DNA of 64,000 bases from Antedon mediterranea (taxonomy: Eukaryota > Animalia > Echinodermata), in contig NC_092677.1 in assembly GCF_964355755.1 (NCBI RefSeq), positions 11,802,101-11,866,100 on the forward strand. Direction: 5' to 3'. Positions 1 through 11,417 of the stretch are shown piece after piece. The notes below the pieces were generated by a model. It searched no databases. It saw nothing but the letters and a program-made list of their open reading frames with translations, and had not been told where the DNA came from. The position numbers and the translations under genes are program-made. Numbering within the stretch: the first letter of the stretch is position 1; every line of letters begins with the position of its first letter.

Positions 1-607
1 TTAGATTAATTTCCCATAAATGTATTCATTGGATTCTCCATTATAATCAAATCACAAAAGTAATAAAAACAATTTGAATAGCGCACAATTGCAATAGAAA
101 TTTAACATGACAGAACATTCCGAATTTGTTTCCATAATCTCTTCGGTAGTTTGATTGACATCGTCAATAAATGTGTGAAAAGATTTTGTTACTGTAATAT
201 ACCATTTTAATGTCAAATATAGTTATTCACTTTGACCGTGACATATTGCTAATAATTTGAGAGAGAATATATACAAAAAAAAAACATTTTTATTTTACTG
301 TATTAATCTAATAATATCTATATAATATATAGGCCTTCTAAGAATATTTGCAATTATTTCTGGGAACATCCTCAAAATAGATCTAACAAACACATTACTG
401 AGGGTTCTTACTGAGACAAACCAACCAACAATATAAATAAAAATTACCTATCAATTAAACGAAAAACGATCAGCCAGTGTGTTATAATTTACATTGAAAT
501 TTCCGTTTTATTTCGTCTATTATGTAGGCCTAACCGTACTATATCCTGCCATTGTAATAAATGAACTACAGTACTATATTAGCACTTTTTGCGTTCCATA
601 CTTTTTA

Positions 608-700
608 AAGGCCGAGTTGACGGATTAGTTTTTGGCCGAGTTGACTTGAGGCCGACTTGACTTTGGCCGAGACGGTTTAGGGCCGAGTTGACCTGCACCC
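608..700. repeat. GGCCGAGTTGAC short-repeat cluster (probable DNA transposon subterminus)
   Basis: Five irregularly spaced copies in an otherwise AT-rich intron. Confidence 0.6.
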
Positions 701-834
701 GTTTAAAGTTTATATTTACATTTCTTATTTTTATTGTCAAAAGCATCAAGACATTTTGCATAAAGTGCAGTACTATATTTAGCTCAAATTATTATTAATA
801 AATAATAATGCTTTTGCTAATTTTTACTCTCCAG

Positions 835-1429
835 ATTCAACATATTTCAACTGCCATTTTGGTTTGGCTTTGGAGTCGTAGCGATCTTAATAAATCTGTT
901 CGTCCCGCTGTATTGACGTTACTCTGTATAGTCTGCTACAAACCAGTAATCGTAGAGTAAGTAAAACTCCAAAATCATGAATATTGTTCAGTTCATATTG
1001 CACACAATAAACAAACCAAAATAGAAATGCTTAAAATAACCAGCATTTAGTGTGTATATCCAGCTGGACTCTATCTACCCTCTCAAACTACAAAAGTGTG
1101 ATGTGCCCAAATATGGTAATGATATGCTTAAATATGGTAGTGATATGACATTTATGTCCACATATGGGCACATCATATTTTTTTGTTCCATAAAGTTCGA
1201 TAGTGTACAGTATACAGTGCTTTAGAATATGATTATTAAAACTTGCTGAATAGGCAGTGTTAAGTGGGTTTTTTTTAATATTTTTTTTTTCAGGGTTCTC
1301 GTTTTTGCCACTGGTCTAGGCCCATGGACACTGCTGCTCGTCAAGGCTCTCTTCACCATCTGTATGGGACTTGTGACCATTAAATTCTACATTGGACTCA
1401 CTCAATCTCCTGTTAACTCTCATCACTAG
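835..1429 (+). CDS. TMEM147: Transmembrane protein 147, last two exons (835-956, 1294-1429); upstream exons lie outside the window
   Basis: Canonical ccag|...GA|gtaagt and ttcag|G junctions. The spliced translation is IQHISTAILVWLWSRSDLNKSVRPAVLTLLCIVCYKPVIVEVLVFATGLGPWTLLLVKALFTICMGLVTIKFYIGLTQSPVNSHH*, which matches the TMEM147 C-terminus as I recall it (VW..R.DL...RPAVL.L....YK....E, LG.W..LL..A). Confidence 0.88.
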
Positions 1430-2426
1430 GTGCTCCTACATTTTAATTCTTTATTTATAAATTAATCAACTTTTTACGATTTGGACGTTTCTATGTTGGG
1501 ACGTCTTGCCAGTATTACATGTACAGCACTGTACTCGGGCGTGTCAGCTGATTAGGTCGAGTTAGGGTGTGGCCTTATATTGACACCATGATTGATCACA
1601 ATTAATTCCATAGTGAGATTGATTAATCAATGTATTGATCTATGGAAGAAAACTGTTGTGTAAAAGTAATAACAGTTCTGTTGAAAATGTACAATGTTTA
1701 ACAAATTTATATTGTGTATTTCAGAATTGTAAAAAATAAGGCATTTTTTTTACTGTAAAAGTATGCAATATTTAGAAGTTATAAATAGTTGTATTTGCAG
1801 AGGTTTTCTTAGTCAAAAGAAAATGCAACTTGTTAAATTCTTTCTTCATTCCCTTTTTCCTTCCTTTGTGTTTTTTTATTGCGATAACCGTTTTAGCAAT
1901 TGTATTTTCCAACAAATTTTGCAGAGATTCTTACTACATACAGTACTATAATATTGTACCATGATCAAATGTATTTTGCACCCATCTAATGTGAAAGTTA
2001 TCCAATGTAATTGCAGAACAGTATAGATTTAAATAAACATACTCAGTCTCAAGTCAGAATTTTTTTCCCAAAAACTTTATTTCACCCAGAATCAAAATAA
2101 ATAAAAAGAAATGCTATTCACACTGTAAATTATATGTTTTTACTGTACTTTGTTTTTTGACTTAATAATAACCTTAATATTATACAGTAGTATAAAGTTT
2201 AAATGTGAAAAATAAATGTATTTCACAGTAACGTATAAATAAAAATTGTACCCAAAGATATTATTAACATAGCAAAAATATATATATAGGGATACATGAG
2301 TAATTGTTTTTATTCAATTATGTTATGTTGAACTACAGAATAAGCCATCACCTTACGTAATCATGAACGTTATAGGAAATACGACCTTTGACCACTTCTT
2401 TAAAACATGATTGGTTGAGATAGTGT

Positions 2427-3393
2427 TTAATTCACTGATGCAGCTGCTGTTTCCATAAAACTGGCTAGCTTAACGTCATTGTCTGAAAGGCCTCCCACAT
2501 CGTGAGTACTCAAGGTTACGTCCACTTTGTTGTACACGTTAAACCACTCGGGATGATGGTCCATTTTTTCGGCTTGTAACGCAGTACGCGACATAAAACC
2601 GAAGGCCTAATAAAAATAAGTTTGTATCAATCATTATGTTCTTTATCTACTATGGGAAGCAAAGATTATTTTTTAAGAGTCTGCTATGTGGTTTACTGTA
2701 TACCAACCAGTATTACTTTTTATTGTTTAAGTACCATGTTATGTTCTTTAAAAATGGTACCAGTATAAATTAGTCATTTAAAAAAGAGGCTTTTAAAACA
2801 TCTGGTTTGCTAACAATTAATTCCGTTTTAATTGTTGCATTTTAAATTGCAATGTTTTAAACAAAAAATGAAATTTTCTGGTTAGGCAAGTACAGTAGTC
2901 TATACTAGCTACCTGATTGAAATTTTTGAACATAAAGGTTTTTTTAATAGCATCTCTATTTTCTACTTCTGCCCATCCGGCTGCTAGCAAATCTGCCAAC
3001 TTTTGTGTTCGGTCTTCGCCACTCAATTTTACTTTTTTAGCTGAAGACGCCTAAAAAGAGTAGGAAAAATGTATTATTATTAAGAACTATATGTTGGTGC
3101 ATTAGAGAAATTTCTTTAAATAATCAGCCAACAATTTATACACAATTTAATTAAACCAATAATATGTGTAGTACTAGCCTAGGCCTCTGGTTAGGGCGAT
3201 GATGCGTTGTTGCACACAGCTGATGTGCGAGGAGTATAATCGCCGCCCCTACAGGGGGCGTACCTGGGACCAACCAGGTTTGCATTCAATCATTATAATT
3301 TATCGAAGTATCCACATTCATATATTAACAATTAAATGTTAGGCATTCATATGCACTTACCATTCTTGCAAATAACCCTAAAGATGTTCTCAT
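2427..3393 (-). CDS. PCBD2: Pterin-4-alpha-carbinolamine dehydratase (PCBD/DCoH family); exons 3393-3361, 3050-2913, 2606-2427
   Basis: Phase-0 GT-AG junctions. The translation [29 protein letters not shown]...[67 protein letters not shown] contains the HHPEW/STHD family signature. The PCBD1-versus-PCBD2 label is not resolvable in an invertebrate. Confidence 0.93.
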
Positions 3394-3599
3394 AACACAC
3401 TTTAAGAACAAAGTAAAACTGTATTTTCCGCCCGTCCTATTTTTTTCACCGAATAAATTTCTCACACGCTTCTTATTTTTTTTCTATTGCGCCCTCATTA
3501 GTTTGGAGGAGGGCTGCTGAACTTCGACCTTTATCAACAACAAAAAATGCAAAGTTTTTGTTAAATCATCATCACACGTCAACATTCTAAATAAAAATC
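3394..3599. promoter_or_regulatory. Bidirectional promoter and 5' UTRs shared by PCBD and SELENOS
   Basis: Only about 206 bp separate the two divergent ATGs (3393 on -, 3600 on +). Contains ACACGTCA (TGACGTGT on the minus strand) at 3574-3581. Confidence 0.7.
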
Positions 3600-6500
3600 A
3601 TGGATATGGGCCAGGCTGAAGAGGCTCAAAATATTGAGAATCCAGAAGAACAAGTAACAGTGCAGCACCCAGAAAAATTAGTTAATGAAACACCAGAATC
3701 ATTTGTTAATGGGTTTAATTTAGGTAAGAAAGATCGGTACGGTGTGGTAACGTAGGCTAGGCTATAGGTAGGTAGTACTACTACTACTACTAGTATAGGC
3801 TAGTAAGTATTAGGGAGATATAATTATAACCAAACAGTAGTCTATACTAAGCTCTAGGCCTACTACTAGGCTCTAGTTAGAAAATTTGCCAACAATTACT
3901 AGGCCCTAGACTTAGATATACCTGATCTTTTTAAAAAGAGGTACAATTTAATTTATTATAAAAATGTCAAATGAATATTTATGGATTTATATTACTTATT
4001 AGGAATAGGCCTAGGCTAGGCTTAGTCTTAAATTAGTTAGTAATAGTTAGTAAGTCTAATAATAATATATATAGCCTATAGGCCTTCCTCTAGGCATATA
4101 TTTAATTATTTTTAAAAAGAAATAAAATTATTACAGTTTTCCACCCATGTCGATTTTGAGTTGGTTTGTCTTTTTCTAGACCAACGAAAAAGGCTGGGTA
4201 AATTATAGATATAGCCTAAAAGGAATCTGATTAAATTTTACAATAAAATGGCCAGATTTTTTTCGCATCTTCAATAATACAGTTTTAAAATAGAATACCA
4301 AATTATCAATTATAATTATTTATATTTATATGTACGGTATATCCTATTTCAGTGACTGAAATTGTTGTAAGCTATGGATGGTACGTCATATTAGCGGTTG
4401 TTGTCATTTTTTACCTGCGACACAGGTTTAGATCCAACATCTCACAGTTGATGAAAGAAAAAAGTGACCGGGATTATTACAAAAAATATGGTAGGTGGTC
4501 TGTGGTCATGTTTCTATTTTTTTAAATAATTCGAAACGGACATGATTTAAACTCAGGATTTGCCTACTAAATACTATTCCAGGATTCAACTTAAGAATTA
4601 TTTCATCATATTTAGCATTTCATTCTAATGAGATAACCCTTTAGAACAATATAAATTAACATTTTTTAACATGATTTTGTTCTATATAACTGTTTCAAGT
4701 TTCAATTGTGGATCAAATTTGTATTTTTTGTTTAGATACTAAAACTGCTCTTGCACGTCAGGAGGGAAGACAGCAAGCCTTAATGAGAATGCAGGAAGAA
4801 AATGATATCAAGGCAAAGGAACTCTGTGAGAGAGAAATGCAGGTAGCTAAAAAACAATTTGTAACTTTGCTATGGAAAAATAGGGCCCGCAGTTTTTAAA
4901 TGACACTATTTTTCAAACGTCTAGAGAAAAAAAGTAACATGAACAAAAATGGGGTTTTAAACCAATTTTATTCAATAATCAACCCGGAGAGGAGATATGC
5001 ACCACTGGGAGATATGGCTTATGCCTGTGTATCGTATCATGATAACTACTAATTCCCCTATATGAAAGGTGGTGCACTGTATCTCATCTGTTACACCCCT
5101 ACGATCCTCTAGGTCATAGGACAACTAGTACTAGAACTATTCAATAAAACAAAAGGCAATCGGTACATACAGTCACAATCAAACGAGAAAATAGAATCCA
5201 ATAAAACTAGCCAAAACAAAAGGGTCATAGCAATTCACATAAAGAAATATATTGTATATCCTCTGATATAATCCCAACCCCCTAGAACACGAAATTGGGC
5301 TCTTCTGGGACTACACCCGGGGAAAGAAAGATTAGTAAGCATTTCTTGTAAAAAATGGCTCGAGAGATGCCTACATCCAGATCCAAACTCAATACTGGGA
5401 CTACACCTGGGGATATGCATGTTTGTGAAAAGACATCAAGTTGGAGAGGCATTAGAACCAAACAGTTTAATAATTCTTTTTATCTTTAAAAATACTGTAC
5501 TGCTATAAACCCCTAAATTGTGGCATCTGGGATTTATTTTTGCTTAAATTAATGACAATTGTTTTATAGAAAGAAGAGGAGAAAAAATTGCAAAGGATAG
5601 AAGAATGGGAGAACCATAAACAAGGGAAAGCCTACCGCTCCAAGCATTACCAACCAAAAGTAAGTTTGATTAAAAATGTTCATCTGTTTTTGGAAATTCA
5701 TAAATTATTAATTCTTTTAAAAAAATAAAAAATTAGCGAAACTAACCTGCTTGACAGTTTCGGACAGCTTTTCCTGCTTGGACAGCTTTTAGTTAGACAG
5801 AATTGGCCCCTAGAGGTCAATCTGTTTAATGACATATTTGTCGTTTCTTCTGAAGAAGTTGTCCAGGCACGATAGCGAAACTATCAAGCAGGTTAGTTTC
5901 GTTTTTTGTTTATTCAAAAAGGAATTAATAATTCAAAAGTTTTGTTTACCTTGTTTAGGGCTGTTTTTGTGATTTTGTTTCATTTACTTAAATTGCGATT
6001 ATTTATCAAAACTTATAAACCGTACAGAAATTATTTGTCGTTTTTAAACCTTGTTTAGGAAGAAGAACCAGTTTCGACGAGTCAAGAAAAGAAACCTAAG
6101 CCTAAATCAACATTCCGGCCTGATGGTAAAAACATAATACTGTATTTAAACCATTTCCTCTCTCAGTTACCTTCAAAAATTTATTTGACAAAATGTTGGG
6201 AAAATATTTATTTTTTAAAAACCTTATAAAATAAATTTATTTTTAGATAATTGGAATCACCAAATAGAAACTGTTCACATTATTTTTCATACAATATAAA
6301 AAATATTAAAATTTGAATATGAAAATTTGCTTGAATGAAATTAAGATGATACGGAGGAGTAATTTAACAACTTAAGCTCTGTCTACACTATGTGCCCATA
6401 TATGGAAATGATGATGATGTCATATTACTACCATATTTGGCCATATCACTACTATATTAGGGCACATGACACTTTTTTTGTCAAACTTGTTTGATAGTGT

Positions 6501-6720
6501 AGCTTTCGTGGCCACTGTTGTGCACATGGCTAGTAATTTTACATTAAATCAACCCAGTTACTGAACGTATCCTTCAGTAGTTGTTTATTATTGATAAGAA
6601 AAACTATTTATCATTCATTTCCGATTGTTTTTAATTTCAGATTACAATCCTTTAATGGGCATTGCACGCAGCAATGGTTTTCGACCTCGTCAAAGGTCAA
6701 GCCGAGGCGGATGAGGTTAA
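3600..6720 (+). CDS. SELENOS: Selenoprotein S (VIMP); exons 3600-3723, 4353-4490, 4736-4842, 5570-5659, 6059-6125, 6641-6720; TGA 6712-6714 = Sec
   Basis: Six GT-AG exons with consistent phases. YGWYVILAVVVIFYL transmembrane helix, coiled coil (RQQALMRMQEE..KEEEKKLQRIEEWE..GKAY), and the tail DYNPLMG..FRPRQRSSRGG-TGA-GGT-TAA, i.e. the GGUG* ending typical of SELENOS. Confidence 0.95.
5703..5933. mobile_element. Foldback remnant with a hammerhead-like core (Penelope-like terminal repeat) in SELENOS intron 4
   Basis: The left arm (cgaaactaacctgcttgacagtttcg...) is the reverse complement of the right arm. The right arm carries CTGAAGA-stem(GTTGTC/GATAGC)-GAAACTATC. Confidence 0.55.
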
Positions 6721-6858
6721 AGTATGCAAGTTAAATGCTAATGAGAGAAGACGCTGTTTGATTTCAGATCTGCAAGTCTTTGTATATTTCCCAAGCTGAG
6801 ATTAAACCAATGGTCTTGCTCTCTTTTAACTTGCATACATTAAAATTGAAACACTTAA

Positions 6859-7484
6859 AGCCCCATTCCCTACGTTTTTTAGATCTAATTTAAGATCACA
6901 AACTATATTTAATGTAAAAATAATACTATATGGTCCTATTGCGATAACTTTTTTCGTCTTTAAACGGTTAAAAATGTGGAAAATAAATCGATTTTAATAA
7001 TTATAGCGGCCCGCTATAAATCCCAAAATGCATTGCGCGCGGATTGATATTTTTGTTTTTCACCTGTAATTCGCCCACTTTTCGATCGATCGTGAAGCCA
7101 AAACAAATGGAAGACTCCTAACTTTTCAGCGAAAATACCGGGTTTTCCCCAATATTTATCAACGGAGTCTGGCAAAAATAGAAAGACAATTAATGCAGCA
7201 ACTATACAACGTCAGGCTAGGTATATAGCTAGCGTACGATGTTTGTACGTTACCGATGTTTACCAGCTAGGCCTACAAAACTAAGCCTAGCTAGGCTAGG
7301 CCTGAGACCGTCCACGAGAGGTCGATCGCCGCGAGCTACTTAGGTAGTGCATTGTTTCTCACTTTTTATCATAATTTACCATAAAACGTACATTTAAGAC
7401 AAGGAATGACATGGTTTAATGTTTTTAAAGTGATATATATGTATTATTTTCCAAAAAACGTCCAAAATTGCAGGGAAGGGGTCT
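6859..7484. mobile_element. Non-autonomous DNA transposon (Kolobok-like MITE), copy 1
   Basis: TTAA on both sides; imperfect TIRs AGCCCCATTCCCTAC / GCAGGGAAGGGGTCT; near-identical to 9322-9877. Confidence 0.8.
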
Positions 7485-7714
7485 TTAAGAGATAGATTTC
7501 ATTTGTAACACCTTGTTATATCCAGAACTAAACACAGGAACAATTTATGTATCTTTATTCTTCAACATCATGCTATGATCTCTACTGCTCTCAACCACTA
7601 CTCTTGTTCCCCTCTTGCATAATATCCACAACTAAGCACAAGAAACACACTGTATTAATAATAAACAATGTACAGTATTTATCTTTATTGGTCACTCTCT
7701 AAACTTATGCTGAG

Positions 7715-8826
7715 CAGTGGCGGATCTAGGATCTAACGAGGGGGGGTGGCCACGAAAGTGGCAAACGAGGTGCGTAGCACCGAGCGGGGGAGGGTTTGGG
7801 AGGGGGTGTCCCCCTCCCGAGGCTCCGAAAATTTTTGAAAAAATAGATGCTTACACACTGTTTAATAGGCTAGAGAAACTGTTTCCATCACACTTAATAA
7901 CAAATATTACATAATGTAAATTTAAATACATCCTTCCTAAATACTGTACGGATCTTTTTCGACGAACTAATAATAAACTTTGATCGAAAAACCTTCAAAC
8001 AAAATGAACATTTGGTAATGCGGTACTCCGAAAATGCCTCGATAGAGTGCATGTGTTGTGTACCGTGTTTTGGTGGTCTGTTAACCTCAGAGATATATAC
8101 CCTACAGCCGGGTGAATAACTCAATGTAATTTGGTATACAATGATCGCAGTAATCGCCGTGTCTATAACACAAATCAAAAAACGCCAAATACGCCACATA
8201 CTTTTTTCGGCCGTCCCGTGTACATACAAGACATTTCATGTTTATTTTATGCCTATAAAATAATAAAAGAACACCATGTTTCTCGTTTATTTTTATCGTT
8301 TATACTGCATACCATAATATTATACAAAAAACTTTCATGCGCGAGAAAAAAGTTCCCGATATTACACTCCACTCAGGGGTGTAAATATACCACGCTAACG
8401 CTTGTGCACACACGGACCAGGGCGGCGGAAATTAACTGCAATGGAAAATGGTGTATTTTGGAGAGTGATGACGTCAGCATTCACACGAGGAGCGAGCTTG
8501 ACAACGTGACGCTGGTAGTTTTAGGAGTGCGTGTGTTTTGAAAATGGGTATTTTCCAAAGATTGTAAATCGTGTTTTCTTTTTAAACTCTTGAATTCATA
8601 ATAGTAATTGAACTCTTAGCTCTTTCACTGTGTAGGCCTATTTACACACAACTATTAATGCTAACCCTAGCTCTAGTAGGGCCTAGCTAGGCCTACTCTT
8701 CTTAATTAAAAGATTAATCCACGTCTAGCGACGGTCAATCGCGATTAGGTTGCATCTTTTTTTTTTTTTTTGAGAATTAAGGGGGGTGGCTAGCCACCCT
8801 ATTCACCCCCCCTAGATCCGCCACTG
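7715..8826. mobile_element. Non-autonomous TIR element with CAGTGGCGGATCTAGG termini (hAT-like)
   Basis: Perfect 16-bp terminal inverted repeats; GC-rich subtermini; no transposase ORF; no clear TSD. Confidence 0.75.
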
Positions 8827-9169
8827 CTGACCTCTACCGCCCTCAACCTTTACTCTTCTTCCTTTCTTACTTATTCACTACTGAATATATCAATTTCAAT
8901 ACAGTATTCATTGCCGATACTCTATACTTGTATACTGCCCTCATCTGTTAGGTGTTTCAAATTGTTTTTTTGGTAAACTGACTCAATTTTGTCCTTACAA
9001 AACTGCATCAATATACATCAATTTTATTATAACTAGTCACTTTAACACTACAATTTGTTTTGTTGTCATTTTTAATTGTTTTTTTTAAATTTCCTTTTTA
9101 TTGCAGTATTCTATGTTTTTTCTCTTTTAATAGTAATAATTAAAATAATCTAGTTTTGTAAGGACGAGA

Positions 9170-9238
9170 TGTTAGTCTAAATGAAGCGTATCATGTAAAT
9201 AGATGTTACTAACATGTTATGCTGAGGAAAGCTTGCCA
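9170..9238 (+). promoter_or_regulatory. Type II SECIS element serving SELENOS
   Basis: ATGAA core (9181-9185); helix II GCGTATCATGT/ACATGTTATGC (10 of 11 pairs); unpaired AAA (9197-9199); apical mini-helix TAG/CTA; 3' TGAG core (9223-9226); AATAAA at 9260-9265. Helix I is weak. Confidence 0.85.
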
Positions 9239-9321
9239 GAATCCAATAATATTATTTATAATAAATTATAATTCAGTTTAACCTTGTGTCGTTCTTTAAT
9301 TTAAATAACCAGTTACGTTAA

Positions 9322-9877
9322 AGACACCTTCCCTACATTTTTTAGATCTATTTTAAGATCACAAACTATATTTAATCTAAAAATAATACTATATGGTCCT
9401 ATTGCGATAACTTTTTTCGTCTTTAAATGGTTAAAAATGTGAAAAATAGGTCGATTCTAATAATTATATAGCGGCCCGCTATAAATCCCAAAATGCATTG
9501 CGCGCGGATTGATAACTTTTCAGCGAAAATACCAGGTTTTCCCCAATTTGTATCAACGAAGTCTGGCAAAAAAAGAAAGACAATTAATGCAGCAACTATA
9601 GAACGTCAGGCTATGTATATAGCTAGTGTACGATGTTCGTACGTTACCAATGTTTACCAGCTAGGCCTACAAAACTAAGCCTAGCTAGGCTAGGCCTAAA
9701 GACCGTCCACGAGAGGTCTGTCGCCGCGAGCTACCTAGGTAGTGCATTGTTTCTCACTTTTTATCATAATTTACCATAAAACGGAGATTTAAGACAAGGA
9801 ATGACCTGGTTTAATGTTTTAAAGTAATATATATGTATTATTTTTACAAAACGTCACAAATTGTAGGGAAGGTGTCT
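9322..9877. mobile_element. Kolobok-like MITE, copy 2 (internal deletion of about 70 bp)
   Basis: TTAA TSD; perfect TIR AGACACCTTCCCTACA / TGTAGGGAAGGTGTCT; same orientation as copy 1. Confidence 0.82.
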
Positions 9878-9957
9878 TTAACAAAGTGAAAGGTTTGAAA
9901 TTTGGCAATTTTTTGAAGTATTGCCGAAATATAAAAATATGTTGAGGTAAGATAACA

Positions 9958-11282
9958 AAACATATATCATATCAAGAAATGCATAGAAAAACATATATCA
10001 TATCAAGAAATGAATAAGAAAACATATATCATATCAAGAAATGCTTAATAAAACATATATTATATCATATCAAGAAATGAATAAGAAAACATATATCATA
10101 TCAAGAAATGCTTAATAAAACATATATCATATCATATCAAGAAATGAATAAGAAAACATATATCATATCAAGAAATGCTTAATAAAACATATATCAAGAA
10201 ATGCATAAGAAAACATATATCATATCAAGAAATGCATAAGAAAACATAATATATCAAGAAATGAATAAGAAAACATATTATATCAAGAAATGCATAAGAA
10301 AACATATATCATATCAAGAAATGCATAAGAAAACATAATATCATATCAATAAATGCATAAGAAAACATAATATATCAAGAAATGAATAAGAAAACATATT
10401 ATATCAAGAAATGAATAAGAAAACATATTATATCAAGAAATGAATAAGAAAACATATATCATATCAAGAAATGCATAAGAAAACATATATCATATCAAGA
10501 AATGCATAAGAAAACATATATCATATCAAGAAATGCATAAGAAAACATATATCATATCAAGAAATGCATAAGAAAACATATATCATATCAAGAAATGCAT
10601 AAGAAAACATATCATATCAAGAAATACATAAGGAAACATATATCATATCAAGAAATGCATAAGAAAACATATATTATATCAAGAAATGCATAAGAAAACA
10701 TATAGCATATCAAGAAATGCATAAGAAAACATATATTATATCAAGAAATGCATAAGAAAACATATATCATATCAAGAAATACATAAGAAAACATATAGCA
10801 TATCAAGAAATGCATAGAAAAACATATATCATATCATATCAAGAAATGAATAAGAAAACATATAGCATATCAAGAAATGCATAAGAAAACATATAGCATA
10901 TCAAGAAATGCATAAGAAAACATATAGCATATCAAGAAATGCATAAGAAAACATATAGCATATCTAGAAATGCATAAGAAAACATATATCATATCATATC
11001 AAGAAATGAATAAGAAAACATATAGCATATCAAGAAATGCATAAGAAAACATATAGCATATCAAGAAATGCATAAGAAAACATATAGCATATCTAGAAAT
11101 GCATAAGAAAACATATAGCATATCAAGAAATGCATAAGAAAACATATAGCATATCTAGAAATGCATACGAAAACATATATCAAGAAATGCATAAGAAAAC
11201 ATATAGCATATCAAGAAATGCATAAGAAAACATATAGCATATCAAGAAATGCATAAGAAAACATATAGCATATCTAGAAACA
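9958..11282. repeat. 31-bp minisatellite (AAGAAAACATATATCATATCAAGAAATGCAT)n, about 40 copies
   Basis: Direct reading; variant blocks (ATATCAT vs ATAGCAT) cluster along the array. Confidence 0.97.
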
Positions 11283-11354
11283 TTAAGGAATATAAGGTAA
11301 TATATCAAGAAATATGTAAGAAAATACAATCACTATATCATATTAATTAAATAT

Positions 11355-11417
11355 AGAAAACCGACCGACCGACATAGTGAGCTGTAGTGTCGCTTGCGTT
11401 TGCACGCGACTAAAAAA
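11355..11417 (-). mobile_element. Helentron/HINE-like 5' terminus abutting the 31-bp array
   Basis: The minus strand reads TTTTTAGTCGCGTGCAAACGCAAGCGAC...(GTCG)3, i.e. T-run, short inverted repeat and tetranucleotide microsatellite, followed by central tandem repeats. Confidence 0.5.

Noticed and set aside
6740-6800. ATGA...TGAG inside the proximal hairpin as the SELENOS SECIS
   Set aside because: No helix II of proper length or apical AA; the 9181 element fits the consensus far better.
7717-8541. ORFs inside the CAGTGGCGG-TIR element as a transposase
   Set aside because: Short, with no DDE, BED or dimerisation motifs.
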